Shown in pieces: positions 29,701 through 43,987 of a stretch of DNA of 64,000 nt; within the stretch, counting starts at the first letter, position 1, and every line of letters starts with the position of its first letter. The position numbers were made by a program, and so were the translations under genes. The notes under the pieces were generated by a model that was not told the origin of the DNA, ran no database searches, and saw nothing but the letters and a program-made list of their open reading frames with translations. Origin of the DNA: the human T2T-CHM13v2.0 reference genome, Homo sapiens; the NCBI RefSeq assembly GCF_009914755.1, contig NC_060943.1; one strand, 5' to 3'.

Positions 29701-32700
29701 AGCTCTCTGAGCAGCTTCTTTGTGATGTGTTCATTCACCTCACTGTGTTGAACCTCTCTTTTGATTGAGCAGCTTGGAAACAGTCTTTTTGTAAAATCTG
29801 CAAAGGAATATTTGTGGGCAGTTTGAAGCCTATGGCAAAAAAGAAAATATCTTAACATAAAAAGTAGAAAGAAGCATTCTGAGAAACTTCTTTGTGATGT
29901 GTGCATTCATCTGACAGAGATGAATCTTTCTTTTGATTGAGCACTTTGGAAACAGTCTTTTTGTAGAATCTGCCAAGGGATATGGGGAGTGCTTAGAGGC
30001 ATATGGTGAAAAAGGAATTTTCTTCACATAAAAACTAGACAGAAGCATTCTGAGAAACCTCTTTGTGATGGATGCACTCATCTCACATAGTTGAACATTT
30101 CTTCTCAATGAGCAGTTTTGAAGTGGTCTTTTTGTATTATCTAAAAAGGGATAATTGGAGCACTTTGAGGCCTATGATGAAAAAGGAAATATCTTCACAT
30201 AAAAACTAGACACAAGCTTCTTCAGAAACTACTTTTTGATGTGTGCATTCATCTCACAGAGTTGTACCTTTCTTTTGATTGAGCATTTTGGTAACTGTCT
30301 TTTTGTAGAATCTGCAAAGGGATATTTGTGAGCGATTTAAGGCCTATGGTGAAAAAGGAAATATCTTCACATAAAAACTAGACAGAGGCTTTCTGAGAAA
30401 CTTCTTTGTGATGTGTGCATTCATCTCACAGAGTGGAACCTTTCTTTTGATTGAGTAGTTTGGAAAAAGTATTTTTGTAGAATCTGCAAATGGAAATTTG
30501 GAGCACTGTGAGGCAAAGGTGAAAAAGGAAATATCTTCACATAAAAACTAGACAGAATCTTTATGAGAAACTTCCTTGTGATGTGGGCATTCATCTCACA
30601 GATTTGAACCATTCTTTTGATTGAGCAGTTTGGACACAGTCTTTTTTAGAATCCGCAAAGGAATATTTCTGAGCAGTTTGAGGCTTATGGTGACAAAGGA
30701 AATATCTTCACATAAACACTAGACAGAACCTTTTTGATATACTTCTTTGAGATGCATCAATTCATCTCACAGAGTTGAACATTTCTTTTAATTGAGCAGT
30801 TTGGAAACAGTCTTTTTGTGGAAACTGCAAAGGGATATTTGGAGTACTTTGTGGCCTATGGTGGAAAAGAAATATCTTCACATAAACGCTAGACAGAAGA
30901 TTTCTGAGAAACTTCTTTGTGATGTTTGCATTCATCTGACACTGTTACACCATTCTTTTGGATGATCAGTTTGGAAACAGTCTTTTTGTATAATCTGCAA
31001 ATGGATACTTGTAGCACTTTGAGGTCTGTGGTGTAAAAGGAAGTATCTTCACATAAAAACTAGAAGGAAGCTTTCTGAGAAACTTATTTGTGATGTGTGC
31101 ATTCATCGCACAGTGTTGAAAGTTTCTTTTGATTGAACAGTTTGGAAACAGGCTTTTTGTAGAATATGCCAAGGGATATTAGGAGTGCTTTGAGGCCTAT
31201 GTTGAAAGAGGAATTATCTTCACATAAAATCTAGACAGAATCTTCTTTGTGATGTGTGCATTCATAATACACAGTTGAACCTCTCTTTTCACTGAGCAGT
31301 TTGGAAACAGTCTTTTTGTAGAATCTGCAAACGAATATTCGGAGGGCTTTGTATCCTATGGTGAAAAAGGAAACATCTTCACATAAACACTATACAGAAG
31401 CTTTTTGAGAAACATCTTTGTGATGTGTGCATTCATCTCACAGCGTTGAAACTTTCTTTTCATTGAACAGTTTGCAAACAGTCTTTTTGTAGAATCTGCA
31501 TAGGGATATTTGGAGCCATTTGAGGCCTACAGTGAATAAGGAAATATCTTCACATAAAAACTACACAGACACATTCTGAGAAACTTCTTTGTGATGTGTG
31601 TATTCATGTCACATTGTTGAAAATTTATTTCAATTAAGTAGTTTGGAAAGAGTCTTTTTGTAGAATCAGCAAAGGGATATTTGAGACCCATTTGAGGCCT
31701 ATAGTGAAAAAGAAAATATCTTCACATAAAAACTAGACAGAAGTTTTCTGAGAAATTTCTTTGTGACGTGTGCATTCATCTCTCAGAGTTGAACCTTTCT
31801 TTTGATTGAGCAGTTTGGAAAAAGTCTTTTGCAGAACCTGCAAAGGGATAATTGGAGCGCTTTCAGGCCTATGGGGAAAAAGGAAATATTTCCACATAAA
31901 AACTAGACAGAAGCTTTCTTAGAAACTTCTTTGTCATGTGTGCATTCATCTCACAGAGATTAACATTTCTTTTGATGGAGCAGTTTGGTATCAGGCTTTT
32001 TGTAGAATCTGCAAATGGATACTTGGAGTGTTTTGAGGCTTATGGTGAAAAAGGAAATATCTTCACATAAAGACTAGACAGAAGATTTCTGAGAAACATC
32101 TTTCCAATGTGTGCATTCACATCAGAGATTTGAAACTTTCTTTTGATTGAGCAGTTTTGAAACAATATTTTTGTAGGATATGCAAAGGGGTAATTGTGAG
32201 GTGTTTGAGGCCTATGGTGGAAAAGGAAATATCTACACATAAAAACTAGGCAGAAGCTTTTTGAGATACGTCTTTGTGATGTGTGCACTCATCTCACAGA
32301 ATTGAACCTTTCTTTTCATTGAGCAGTTTGGAAACAGTCTTTTTGTGGACTCTGCAAAGGACTATTTGGACCGCGTTGTGCATATGGTGAAAAAGGAAAT
32401 ATCTTCACATAAACACTACATAGAAGCTTTCTGAGAAACTTTTTTGTGATGTGTGCATTCATCTCACAGAGTTGAAACTTTCTTTTGATTGAGCAGTTTA
32501 GAAACTGTCTATTTATAGAATCTTCATAGGGATATTTTTGAGCCCTTTGAGGCCTATAGTGGAAAATGAATTATCTTCACATAAAAATCAGAGAGAAACT
32601 TTTTGAGAAACTTGTATGTGATGTGTGCATTTATCTCACAGAGTCAAAGAGTTCTTTTGATTGAGCAGTGTGGAAACAGTCTTTTTGTAGAATCTGCAAA

Positions 32701-35435
32701 GGGATATTTGTGAGCACTTTGAGGCTTATGGTGAAAAAGAAATATCTTCACATAAGAACTAGAAAGAAGGCATCCGAGAGACTGCTTTCTGATGTGTAAA
32801 TTCTTCTAACAGAAGCAAACATTTCTTTTAACTGAACAGATTGGAAACTCCTTTCTTGTAGAATATGCAAACGGATATTTTTGAGCACAGGGAGGACTAT
32901 GATGAAAAAGGAAATATCTTCACATAAAAATTAGAAAGAAGCTCTCTGTGAAACTTCTTTGTGATGTGTGCATTCTCACAGAGTTGAATCTTTATTTTGA
33001 TTGAGCAGTTTAGAAACAGTCTCTTTATAGAATCTGCAAAGGAATATTTGTGAGCCCTTTGAGGCCTATGGTGAAAAAGGAAATATCATCACATAAAAAC
33101 TACACAGAAACTTTCTGAGAAACTGCTTCATGCTGTGTGCATTCATCTCACATAGTTGAATCTTTCTTTTGATTGAGAAGCTTTGACAGACTCTTTTTGT
33201 GGAATCTGCAATGGGATATTTTTGATGGCTTGAGACATATTTTGAGAAAGAAATATCTTCACATTAAAACTAGAAAGATGGCTTCTGAGAAACAGCTGTC
33301 TGGTGTCTGCATTCATCTCACAGAGGTAAACGATTATTTTCATTGATCAAATTGCAAACTCTGTTCTTGTAGATTCTTCAAAGGGATATTTGTAAGCGCT
33401 TTGAGGCCTGTGGTGCTATGGTGAAAAAGGAAATATCTTCACATAAAAACCAGACAGAAGATTTCTGAGAAACTTCATTGTGATGTGTACATTCATCTCT
33501 CAGAGTTGAACTTTCTTTTCATTGAGCAGTTTGGAAACAGTTTTCATGTAGAATCTGCAAACGGATATTTCTGTGCGCTTTGATGCCTATGTTGAAAAAG
33601 GAAATATCTTTACGTAAAAAGTAGACAGAAGCTCTCTGAGAAACTTATTTGTGATGTGTGCCTTCATCAGGCAGAGTTGAACCATTCTTTTGATAGAGCA
33701 GTTTGGAAACAGTCTTTTTGTAGAATCTGTAAAGGGATATTTGTGTTCACTTTGAGGCCGATGGTGAAAAATAAAAATCTTCACATAAAAACTAGAAAGA
33801 TGGTATCTGAGAAACTACTTTCTGATGTGTGAATTCTTCTAACAGAAGTAAAAGTTTCTTTTCACTGAGCAGATTAGAAACTCTTTTCTTGTAGAATATG
33901 CAAACGGATATTTTTGAGCACAGTAAGGACTATGTTGAAAAAGGAAATATCTTCACATAAAACTAGACAGATGTTTTTTGAGAAACTTCTTTTTTATGGG
34001 TGTATTATTCTGACAGAGTTGAACCCTTATTTTGATTGAGAAGTTTGGAAACAGTTTTTTTGTAGAATCTGCAAAAGGATATTTGTGAGTGCTTGGAGGA
34101 CTATGGTGAAAAAGGAAATCTCTTCACATAAAAACTAAACAGAAGCTTTCTGAAAAACGTCTTTGTGATTTTTGCATTCATCTCACAGAGTTCAAACTTT
34201 GTTTTGATTGAGCAGTTTGGAAATAGTCTTCTTATAGAATCTGCATAGGGATATTTTCAAGCCCTTTGAGGCCTATGGTGGAAATATCTTCACATAAAAA
34301 TTAGATAAAAGGTTTCTGAGAAACTGCTTCATGATGTGTGCATTCATCTCACAGAGGTAAATGTTACCTTTCATTGAGCAGATTGGAAACTCTGCTCTTG
34401 TAAAATATGCATAGGAATATTCGCAAGTGCTTTGAGGCCTACGGTAAAAAACGAAATATCTTCACAGAAAAACTAGACCGAAGCTTTCTGAGAAACTTCC
34501 TTGTGATGTGTGCATTCATCTCACAGAGATAAAACTTTCTTTTCATAGAGCAGTTTGGATGCAGTCCTTTTTTAGAATCTTCATAGGGACATTAGTGAGC
34601 GGCTTCTGGACTGTGGTGAAAAAGGAAATATGTTCACATAAAAATAGACAGAATTCTTCTGAGAAACTTTTTTTGATGCATGCATTCATCTCACAGAGTT
34701 GAAATTTTCTTTTGATTTAGCAGGTTGGAAAGAGTCTTTTTGTAGTGTCTGCAAAGTGAAATTTGTGAACATTTTGAGGCCTATTGTAAGAAAGGCAATA
34801 TCTTCACATAAATCTAGACAGAAACATTCTAATAAACTCCTTTGTGATGAGTAGATTCATCTGACACATGTGAACCTTACTTTTGATTGAGTTGTTTTGA
34901 AAGAGTCTTTTTGTAGAATATGCAAAGGGACAATTTTTAGTGCTTTGAGGCCTGCTTTGTGATCTGTGCATTCATCTCACAGAGTTGAAATATTATTTTT
35001 TGAGAGGTTTGGAAACAGACTTTTTGTAGAATCTGCAGATAGATATTTGTGAGCAGTTTGAGCCCTATTGTCAAAAATAAATATCTTCACATAAAAAGTA
35101 TGAAGACAGTTTCTGGGACACTGCTTTGTGATGGTTGCATTCATCTCTCAGAGGTAAACGATTCTTATCATTGAGCAGATTGGAAACTCTGTTCTTGTAA
35201 AATCTGCAAAGGGATATTTGTGAGTGCTTTGAGGCCTATGGTGAAAAAGGAAGTATCTTCACATAAAAACTAGAAAGAAGCTTTCTGAGAAACTTCTTCA
35301 TGATGTGTGAATTCATCTCACAGAGTTGAACCTTTCTTTTGATTGAGCAGCTTGGAAACAGTATTTCTGTAGAATCTGCAAAGAGATATTTGTGAGTGCT
35401 TTGAGGTGTATGGTGAAAAAGAAATACCTTCACAT
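2785..35435 (+). repeat. Alpha satellite (ALR), divergent monomeric array, block A (~190 monomers, mostly 172 bp, A-box type, no CENP-B box seen)
   Basis: Continuous 171-172 bp tandem units with GCCTATGGTGAAAAAGGAAATATCTTCACATAAAAACTAGACAGAAG, plus an interspersed variant monomer GAGGTAAACGTTTCTTTTCATTGAGCAGATTGGAAACTCTGTTCTTG. Confidence 0.99.
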
Positions 35436-37214
<1,779 letters not shown>

Positions 37215-37757
37215 GATATCTTCACATAAAAAATAGAAAGAAGGTTTCTGAGTAACTTCTTTCTGATGGCTGCATTCATCTCACAGAGGTAAACCTTTCT
37301 TTTCATTGAGCAGACTACAAACTCTGTTCTTGTAGGATCTTCAAAGTGATTTTTATGAGCACTTTGAGTCCTATGGTGAAAAATGAAATATCTTCACATA
37401 AAAACTAGACAGAAACTTTCTGAGAAACTTCTTTGTGATGTGTACATTCATCTCACAGAGTTGAACCTCTCTTTTGATTGAGCAGTTTTTAAACCATCTT
37501 TTTCTGGAAACTGCAAAGGCATATTTGTGAGTGTTTTGAGGCTTACGATGAAAAAGGAAATATCTTCACATAAAAACTAGACAGAAGCATTTTGTGAAAC
37601 TTCTTTGTGATGTGTGCATTCATCTCACAGAGTTGACCCTTTCTTTTGATTGAGCTGTTTGGAAACAATTTTTTGTAGAATCTTCAAAGGGATGCTTGTG
37701 AGTTCTTTGAGGCCTATGGTGTAAAATGAAATATCTTCACATAAAAACCAGACAGAA
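37215..37757 (+). repeat. Alpha satellite, ~3 monomers, end of block A
   Basis: Same monomer type and orientation as 2785-35435. Confidence 0.97.
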
Positions 37758-37866
37758 ATCTGAGAATGGGCAGACTGCCTCCTCAAGTAGCTCCCTGATC
37801 CTCTTGTAGCCTAACTGGGAGGCACCCCCAGCAGGGGTGTACTGACACCTCACATGGCCAGGTACT

Positions 37867-37994
37867 CTTCTGAAACAAAACTTCCAGAGGACCGATCAGG
37901 CAACAGCATTTGTGGTTTACCAATATCCGCTGTTCTTCAGCCACTGCTGCTGATACCCAGGCAAACAGGGTCTAGACTGGACCTCCAACACACC
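37867..37994 (+). promoter_or_regulatory. L1 5'UTR ~129-bp segment (ZNF93-bound region) retained
   Basis: About 128 extra bases between GGTACT and C(T)AACAGACC, which are adjacent in L1HS/L1PA2. Includes CTTCAGCCACTGCTGCTG at 37935-37952. Confidence 0.75.
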
Positions 37995-38121
37995 CTAACA
38001 GACCTGAAGCTGAGAGCCCTCACTGTTAGAAGGAAAACTAACAAACAGAAAGGACATTCACACCAAAAACCCATCCGTATGTCACCATCCTCAAAGACCA
38101 AAGGTAGATAAAACCACAAAG

Positions 38122-39123
38122 ATGGGCATAAAACAGAACAGAAAAACTGGAAACTCTAAAAATCAGAGTGCCTCTCCTCATCCAAAGAACACCGCTACTC
38201 ACCAGCAATGGAACAAAGCTGGACAGAGAATGACTTTGACGAGTTGAGAGAAGAAGGCAACAGACGATCAAACTACTCTGAGCTAAAGGGGGAAGTTCAA
38301 GCGAATGGTGAAGAGTTTAAAAACCTTGAAAAAAAATTAGACGAATGGCTAACTAGAATAACCAATGCAGAGAAGTCCTTAAAGGAAGTGATGGAGCTCA
38401 AAACCAAGGAAGAAGAACTAATTGATGAATGCAGAAGCCTCAGTAGCTGATGCGATCAACTGGAAGAAAGGGTATCAGTGATGGAAGATGAAATGAATGA
38501 AATGAAGTGAGAGGAGAAGTTTAGAGGAAAAAAGAATAAAAAGAAATGAACAAAGCCTCCAAGAAATATAGGACTATGGGAAAAGATCAAAGCTACGTCT
38601 GATTGGTGTACCTGAAAGTGACTGGGAGAATGGAGCCAAGTTGGAAAACACTCTACAGGATACTATCCAGGAGAACTTCCCCAATCTAGCATGGCAGGAC
38701 AACATTCAAATTCAGGAAATACAGAGAACACCACAAAGATACTCCAAGACACATAATTGTCAGATTCACCATAGTTGAAATGAAGGAAAAAAATGTTACT
38801 GGCAGCCAGAGAGAAAGGTCGGGTTACCCACAAAGCGAAGCCCATCAGACTAACAGCTAATTTCTCAGGAGAAACTCTACAAGCCAGAAGAGAGTGGGGG
38901 CCAATATTCAACATTATTAAAGAAAAGAATTTTCAACGCAGAATTTCATATCCAGCCAAACTAAGCTTCATAAGTGAAGGAGAAATAAAATACTTTACAG
39001 ACAAGCAAATGCGGAGAGATTTTGTCACCACCAGGCCTGCCCTTAAAAGAGCTCCTGAAGGAAGCACTAAACATGGAAAGGAACAACCAGTACCAGCCAC
39101 TGCAAAAACACGCCAAATTGTAA
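38122..39123 (+). pseudogene. L1 ORF1p (RNA-binding chaperone) pseudogene
   Basis: ACCACAAAG-ATG-GGC start at 38122, TAA at 39121-39123. Fragments EQSWTENDFDELREEG... and AAREKGRVTHKAKPIRLTA... are present with internal stops, frameshifts and a ~17-bp deletion at 38741-38745. Confidence 0.93.
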
Positions 39124-39186
39124 AGACCATCAAGGCTGGGAAGAAACTGCATAAACTAATGAGCTAAATAACCAGCTAACATCATA

Positions 39187-42100
39187 ATGACAGGATCAAA
39201 TTCACACATAACAATATTAACCTTAAATGTAAATTGGCTAAATGCTCCAATTCAAAGACACAGACTGGCAAATTGGATAAGGAGTCAAGACCCATCAGTG
39301 TGCTCTATTCAGGAAACCCATCTCACGTGCACAAACACATATAGGCTCAAAATAAAGGGATGGAGGAAGATCTACCAAGAAAATGGAAAACAAAAAAAGG
39401 CAGGGATTACAATCCTAGTCTCTGATAAAACAGATTTTAAGCCAACAAAGATCAAAACAGACAAAGAAGGACATTACATAATGGTAAAGGGATCAATTCA
39501 ACAAGAAGAGCTAACTATCCTAAAAATATATGCACCCAATACAGGAGCTCCCAGATTCATAAAGCAAGGCCTTAATGACCTACAAAGAGACTTAGACTCC
39601 CACACAATAATAATGGGAGACTTTAACACCCCACTGTCAATATTAGACAGATCAACGAGACAAAAAGTTAACAAGTATATCCAAGAATTGAACTCAGCTC
39701 TGGACCAAGCAGACCTAATAGATATCTACAGAACTCTCCACCCCAAATCAAAAGAATATACATTATTTCAGGACCACACCAGATCTATTCCAAAATTGGC
39801 CCCATAGTTGGAAGTAAAGCACTCCTTAGCAAATGTAAAAGAACAAAAATTATAATAAACTGTCTCTCAGACCGCCTTGCAATCAAACTAGAACTCAGGA
39901 TCATCCTAGCCATCAGAGAAATGCAAATCAAAACCACAATGAGATACCATCTCACACCAGTTAGAATGGCGATCCTTAAAAAGTCAGGAAACAACAGGTG
40001 CTGGAGAGGATGTGAAGAAATAGGAACACTTTTACACTGTTGGTGGGACTGTAAACTAGTTCAACCATTGTGGAAGTCAATGTGGCGATTCCTCAGGGAT
40101 CTAGAACTAGAAATACCATTTGACACAGCCATCCCATTACTGGGTATATATCCAAAGGACTATAAATCATGCTGCTATAAAGACACATGCACACGTATGT
40201 TTATTGCGGCACTATTCACAATAGCAAAGACTTGGAACCAACCCAAATGTCCAACAACGATAGACTGGATTAAGAAAATGTGGCACATATACACCATGGA
40301 ATACTATGCAGCCATAAAAAATGATGAGCTCATGTCCTTTGTAGGGACATGGATGAAATTGGAAATCATCACTTTCAGTAAACTATTGCAAGAACAAAAA
40401 ACCAAACACCACATAAACTCACTCATAGGTGGGAATTGAACAATTAGATCACATGGACACAGGAAAGGGAACATCACACTCTGGGGACTGTTGTGGGGTG
40501 CGGGGAGGGGGGAGGGATTGCTTTAGGAGATATATCTAATGCTAAATGATGAGTTAATGGGTGCAGCACACCAGCATGGCACATGTATACATATGTAACT
40601 AACCTGCCGTTGTGCACATGTACCCTAAAACTTAAAGTATAATAGTAATAAAATAAAATAAAAAAATAGAAAAAAACCACTCAACTACAGGGAAAGTGAA
40701 CAACCTGCTCCTGAATGACTACTGGGTATGTAACGAAATGAAGGCAGAAATAAAGATGTCCCTTGAAACCAGCAAGAACAAAGACACAACGTACCAGAAT
40801 CCCTGGGACACATTCAAAGCAGTGTGTAGAGGGAAATTTGTAGCACTAAATGCCCACAAGAGAAAGCAGAAAATATCCAAAATTGACACCTTAACATCAC
40901 AAATAAAATAACTAGAAAAGCAAGAGCAAACACACTCAAAAGCTGGCAGAAGGCAAGAAATAACTAAGATCAGAGCAGAACTGAAGGAAATAGAGAAACA
41001 AAAAACCCTTCAAAAAATCAAAGAATCCAGGAGGTGGATTTTTGAAAAGATCAACAAAATTGATAGACCGCTAGCAAGACTAATAAACAAGAAAAGAGAG
41101 AAGAATCAAATAAATGCAATAAAAAATGATAAAGGGGATATCACCACTGATCCCACAGAAATACAAACTACCATCAGAGAATACTATAAACACCTCTACA
41201 CAAATAAACTAGGAAATCGAGAAGAAATGGATAAATTTCTCAACACATACATCCAAGACTAAACCAGGAAGACGTTGAATCTCTGAATAGATCAATAACA
41301 GGCTCTGAAATTCAGGCAATAATCCATAGCTTACCAACCAAAAACACTCCAGGACCAGATGGATTCACAGTCGAATTCTACCAGAGGTAAAAGGAGGAGC
41401 TGGTACCATTCCTTCTGAAATTATTCCAATCAATAGAAACAGAGGAAATCCTCTCTAACTCATTTTATGATGCCAGTACCATCCTCATACCAAAGCCTGG
41501 CAGAGACACAACAAAAAAAGAGAATTTTAGACCTATATCCTTGATGAACATTGATGCAAAAATCCTCAATAAAATACTGGCAAACCGAATCCAGCAGCAC
41601 ATCAAGAAGTTTATCCACCATGACCGAGGGGGCTTCATCCCTGGGATGCAAGGCTGGTTCAACATACACAAATCAATAAACATAATCTAGCATATAAACA
41701 GAACCAAGGACAAAAACCACATGATTATCTCTATAGATGCAGAAAAGGCCTTTGACAAAATTCAACAACCTTCATGCTAAGAACTCTCAATAAATTAGAT
41801 ATTGATGAGACGGATCTCAAAATAATAAGAGCTATCTATGAAAAACCCACAGCCAATATCATACTGAATGGAAAAAAACTGGAAGCATTCCCTTTGAAAA
41901 CTTGCACAAGACAGGGATGCCCTCTCTCACCACTCCTGTTCAACATAGTGTTGGATGTTCTAGCCAGGGCAATCAGGCAGGAGAAAAAAATAAAGGGTAT
42001 TCAATTAGGAAAAGAGAGAGTCAAATTGTCCCTGTTTGCAGATGACATGATTGTATATCTAGAAAACTCCATCGTCTCAGCCCAAAATCTCCTTAAGCTG

Positions 42101-43761
42101 ATAAGCAACTTCAGCAAAGTCTCAGGATACAAAATCAATGTACAAAAATCACAATTCTTATGCACCAATAACAGACAAACAGAGAGCCAAATCATGAGTG
42201 GACTCCTATTCACAATTGCTTCAAAGAGAATAAAATACCTAGGAATGCAACTTACAAGGGCCATGAAGGACCTCTTCAAGGAGAACTACAAACCACTGCT
42301 CAATGAAATAAAAGAGGATACAAACAAATGGAAGAACATTCCATGCACATGGGGAGAAATAATCAATATCGTGAAAATGGCCATACTGCCCAAGGTAATT
42401 TGTACATTTAATGCCATCTCCATCAAACTTCCAATGACTTTCTTCACAGAATTGGAAAAAACTACTTTAAAGTTCATATGGAACCAAAAAAGAGCCCGCA
42501 TCACCAAGTCAATCATAAGCCAAAAGAACAAAGCTGGAGGCATCATGCTACCTGACTTCAAACTACACTAAAGGGTTATGGTAAAGAAAACAGCATAGTA
42601 CTGGTACTAAAACGAAGATATAGACCAATGGAACAGAACAGAGCCCTCAGAAACAATGCCACATATCTACAACTCTCTGATCTTTGACAAACCTGACAAA
42701 AACAAGCAATGGGGAAAGGATTTCCTTTTTAATAAATGGTGCTGGGAAAACTGGCTAGCCATATATAGAAAGCTGAAACTGGATCCCTTCCTTAAACCTT
42801 ATAGAAAAATTAATTAGACATGGATTAAAGACTTAAATGTTAGACCTAAAACCATAAAAACCCTAGAAGAAAACGTATGCAATGCCATTCAGGACATAGG
42901 CATGGGCAAGGAGTTCATGTCTAAAACACAAAAAGCAATGGCAACAAAAGCCAAAATTGACAAATGGGATCTAATTAAACTAAAGAGCTTCTGCACAGCA
43001 AATTAAACTACCATCAGAGTGAACAGGCAACCAACAGAATGGGAGAAAATTTTTGCAAACTACTTATCTGACAAAGGGCTAATACCCACAATCTACAATG
43101 AACTCAAACAAATTTACAAGAAAAAAAAAACAACCCCATCAAAAAGTGGGTGAAGGATAAGAACACACACTTCTCAACAGAAGACATTTATGCATCAAAA
43201 AAACACATGAAAAAATGCTCATCATCACCGGCCATCAGAAAAAATGCGAATCAAAACCACAATGAGATACCATCTCACACCAATTAGAATGGCAATCATT
43301 ATAAAGTCAGGAAACAGCATGTACTGGAGAAAATTTGGAGAAATCGAAACACTCTTACACTATTGGTGGGACTGTAAAATAGTTCAACCACTATGGAAGT
43401 CAGTGTGGTGATTCCTCAAGGACCTAGAACAAGAAATACCATTTGACCCAGCCATCCCATTGCTGGGTATATACCCAAAGGATTATAAATCATGCTGCTA
43501 TAAAGACACAATCACACATATGTTTATTGTGGCAATATTCACTATAGCAAAGACTTGGAACCAACCCAAATGTCCAACAATGATAGACGGGATTAAGAAA
43601 ATGTGGCACATATACACCATGGAATACTATGCGGCCATAAAAAATGATGAGTTCATGTCCTTTGTAGGGACATGGATGCAGCTGGAAACCATCATTCTCA
43701 GCAAACTATCCAAGGACAAAAATCCAAACACCACATGTTCTCACTCAGAGGTGGGAATTGA
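39187..43761 (+). pseudogene. L1 ORF2p (APE-like endonuclease / reverse transcriptase) pseudogene, interrupted by nested L1
   Basis: MTGSNSHITILTLNVN...QETH...IYAPN...GDFNTPLS (EN; the SDH motif reads SDR at ~39867-39875), [12 protein letters not shown] (RT), and the canonical end GGTGGGAATTGA at 43761. Multiple disruptions. Confidence 0.94.
39902..40672 (+). mobile_element. Nested 5'-truncated LINE-1 3' end (L1PA3-like, ~770 bp) inserted in host L1 ORF2
   Basis: ORF 39921..40439 is an uninterrupted ORF2p C-terminus ending SLIGGN*, followed by a 3'UTR and A-rich tail. Host ORF2 stops at GAACTCAGGAT and resumes at AAAACCACTCAACTACA. Confidence 0.95.
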
Positions 43762-43987
43762 ATAATGAGAAAACATAGACACAGAAAGGGAAACATCACA
43801 AAAGGGGGAATGCTGTGGGGTGGGGGGAGTGGAGAGGGATTGCATTAGGAGATATACCTAATGATAACTGACGAGTTAATGGGTGCAGCACACCAGCATG
43901 GCACATGTATACATACGTAACAAACCTGCACATTGTGCACATGCACCCTAAAACTTACAGTATAATAATAATAGAATAAAAAAAATA

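Noticed and set aside
40491-40520. G-rich, G-quadruplex-like tract (also near 470-495, 37040-37065, 43815-43840)
   Set aside because: This is the standard polypurine tract of the L1 3'UTR and is fully explained by the elements.
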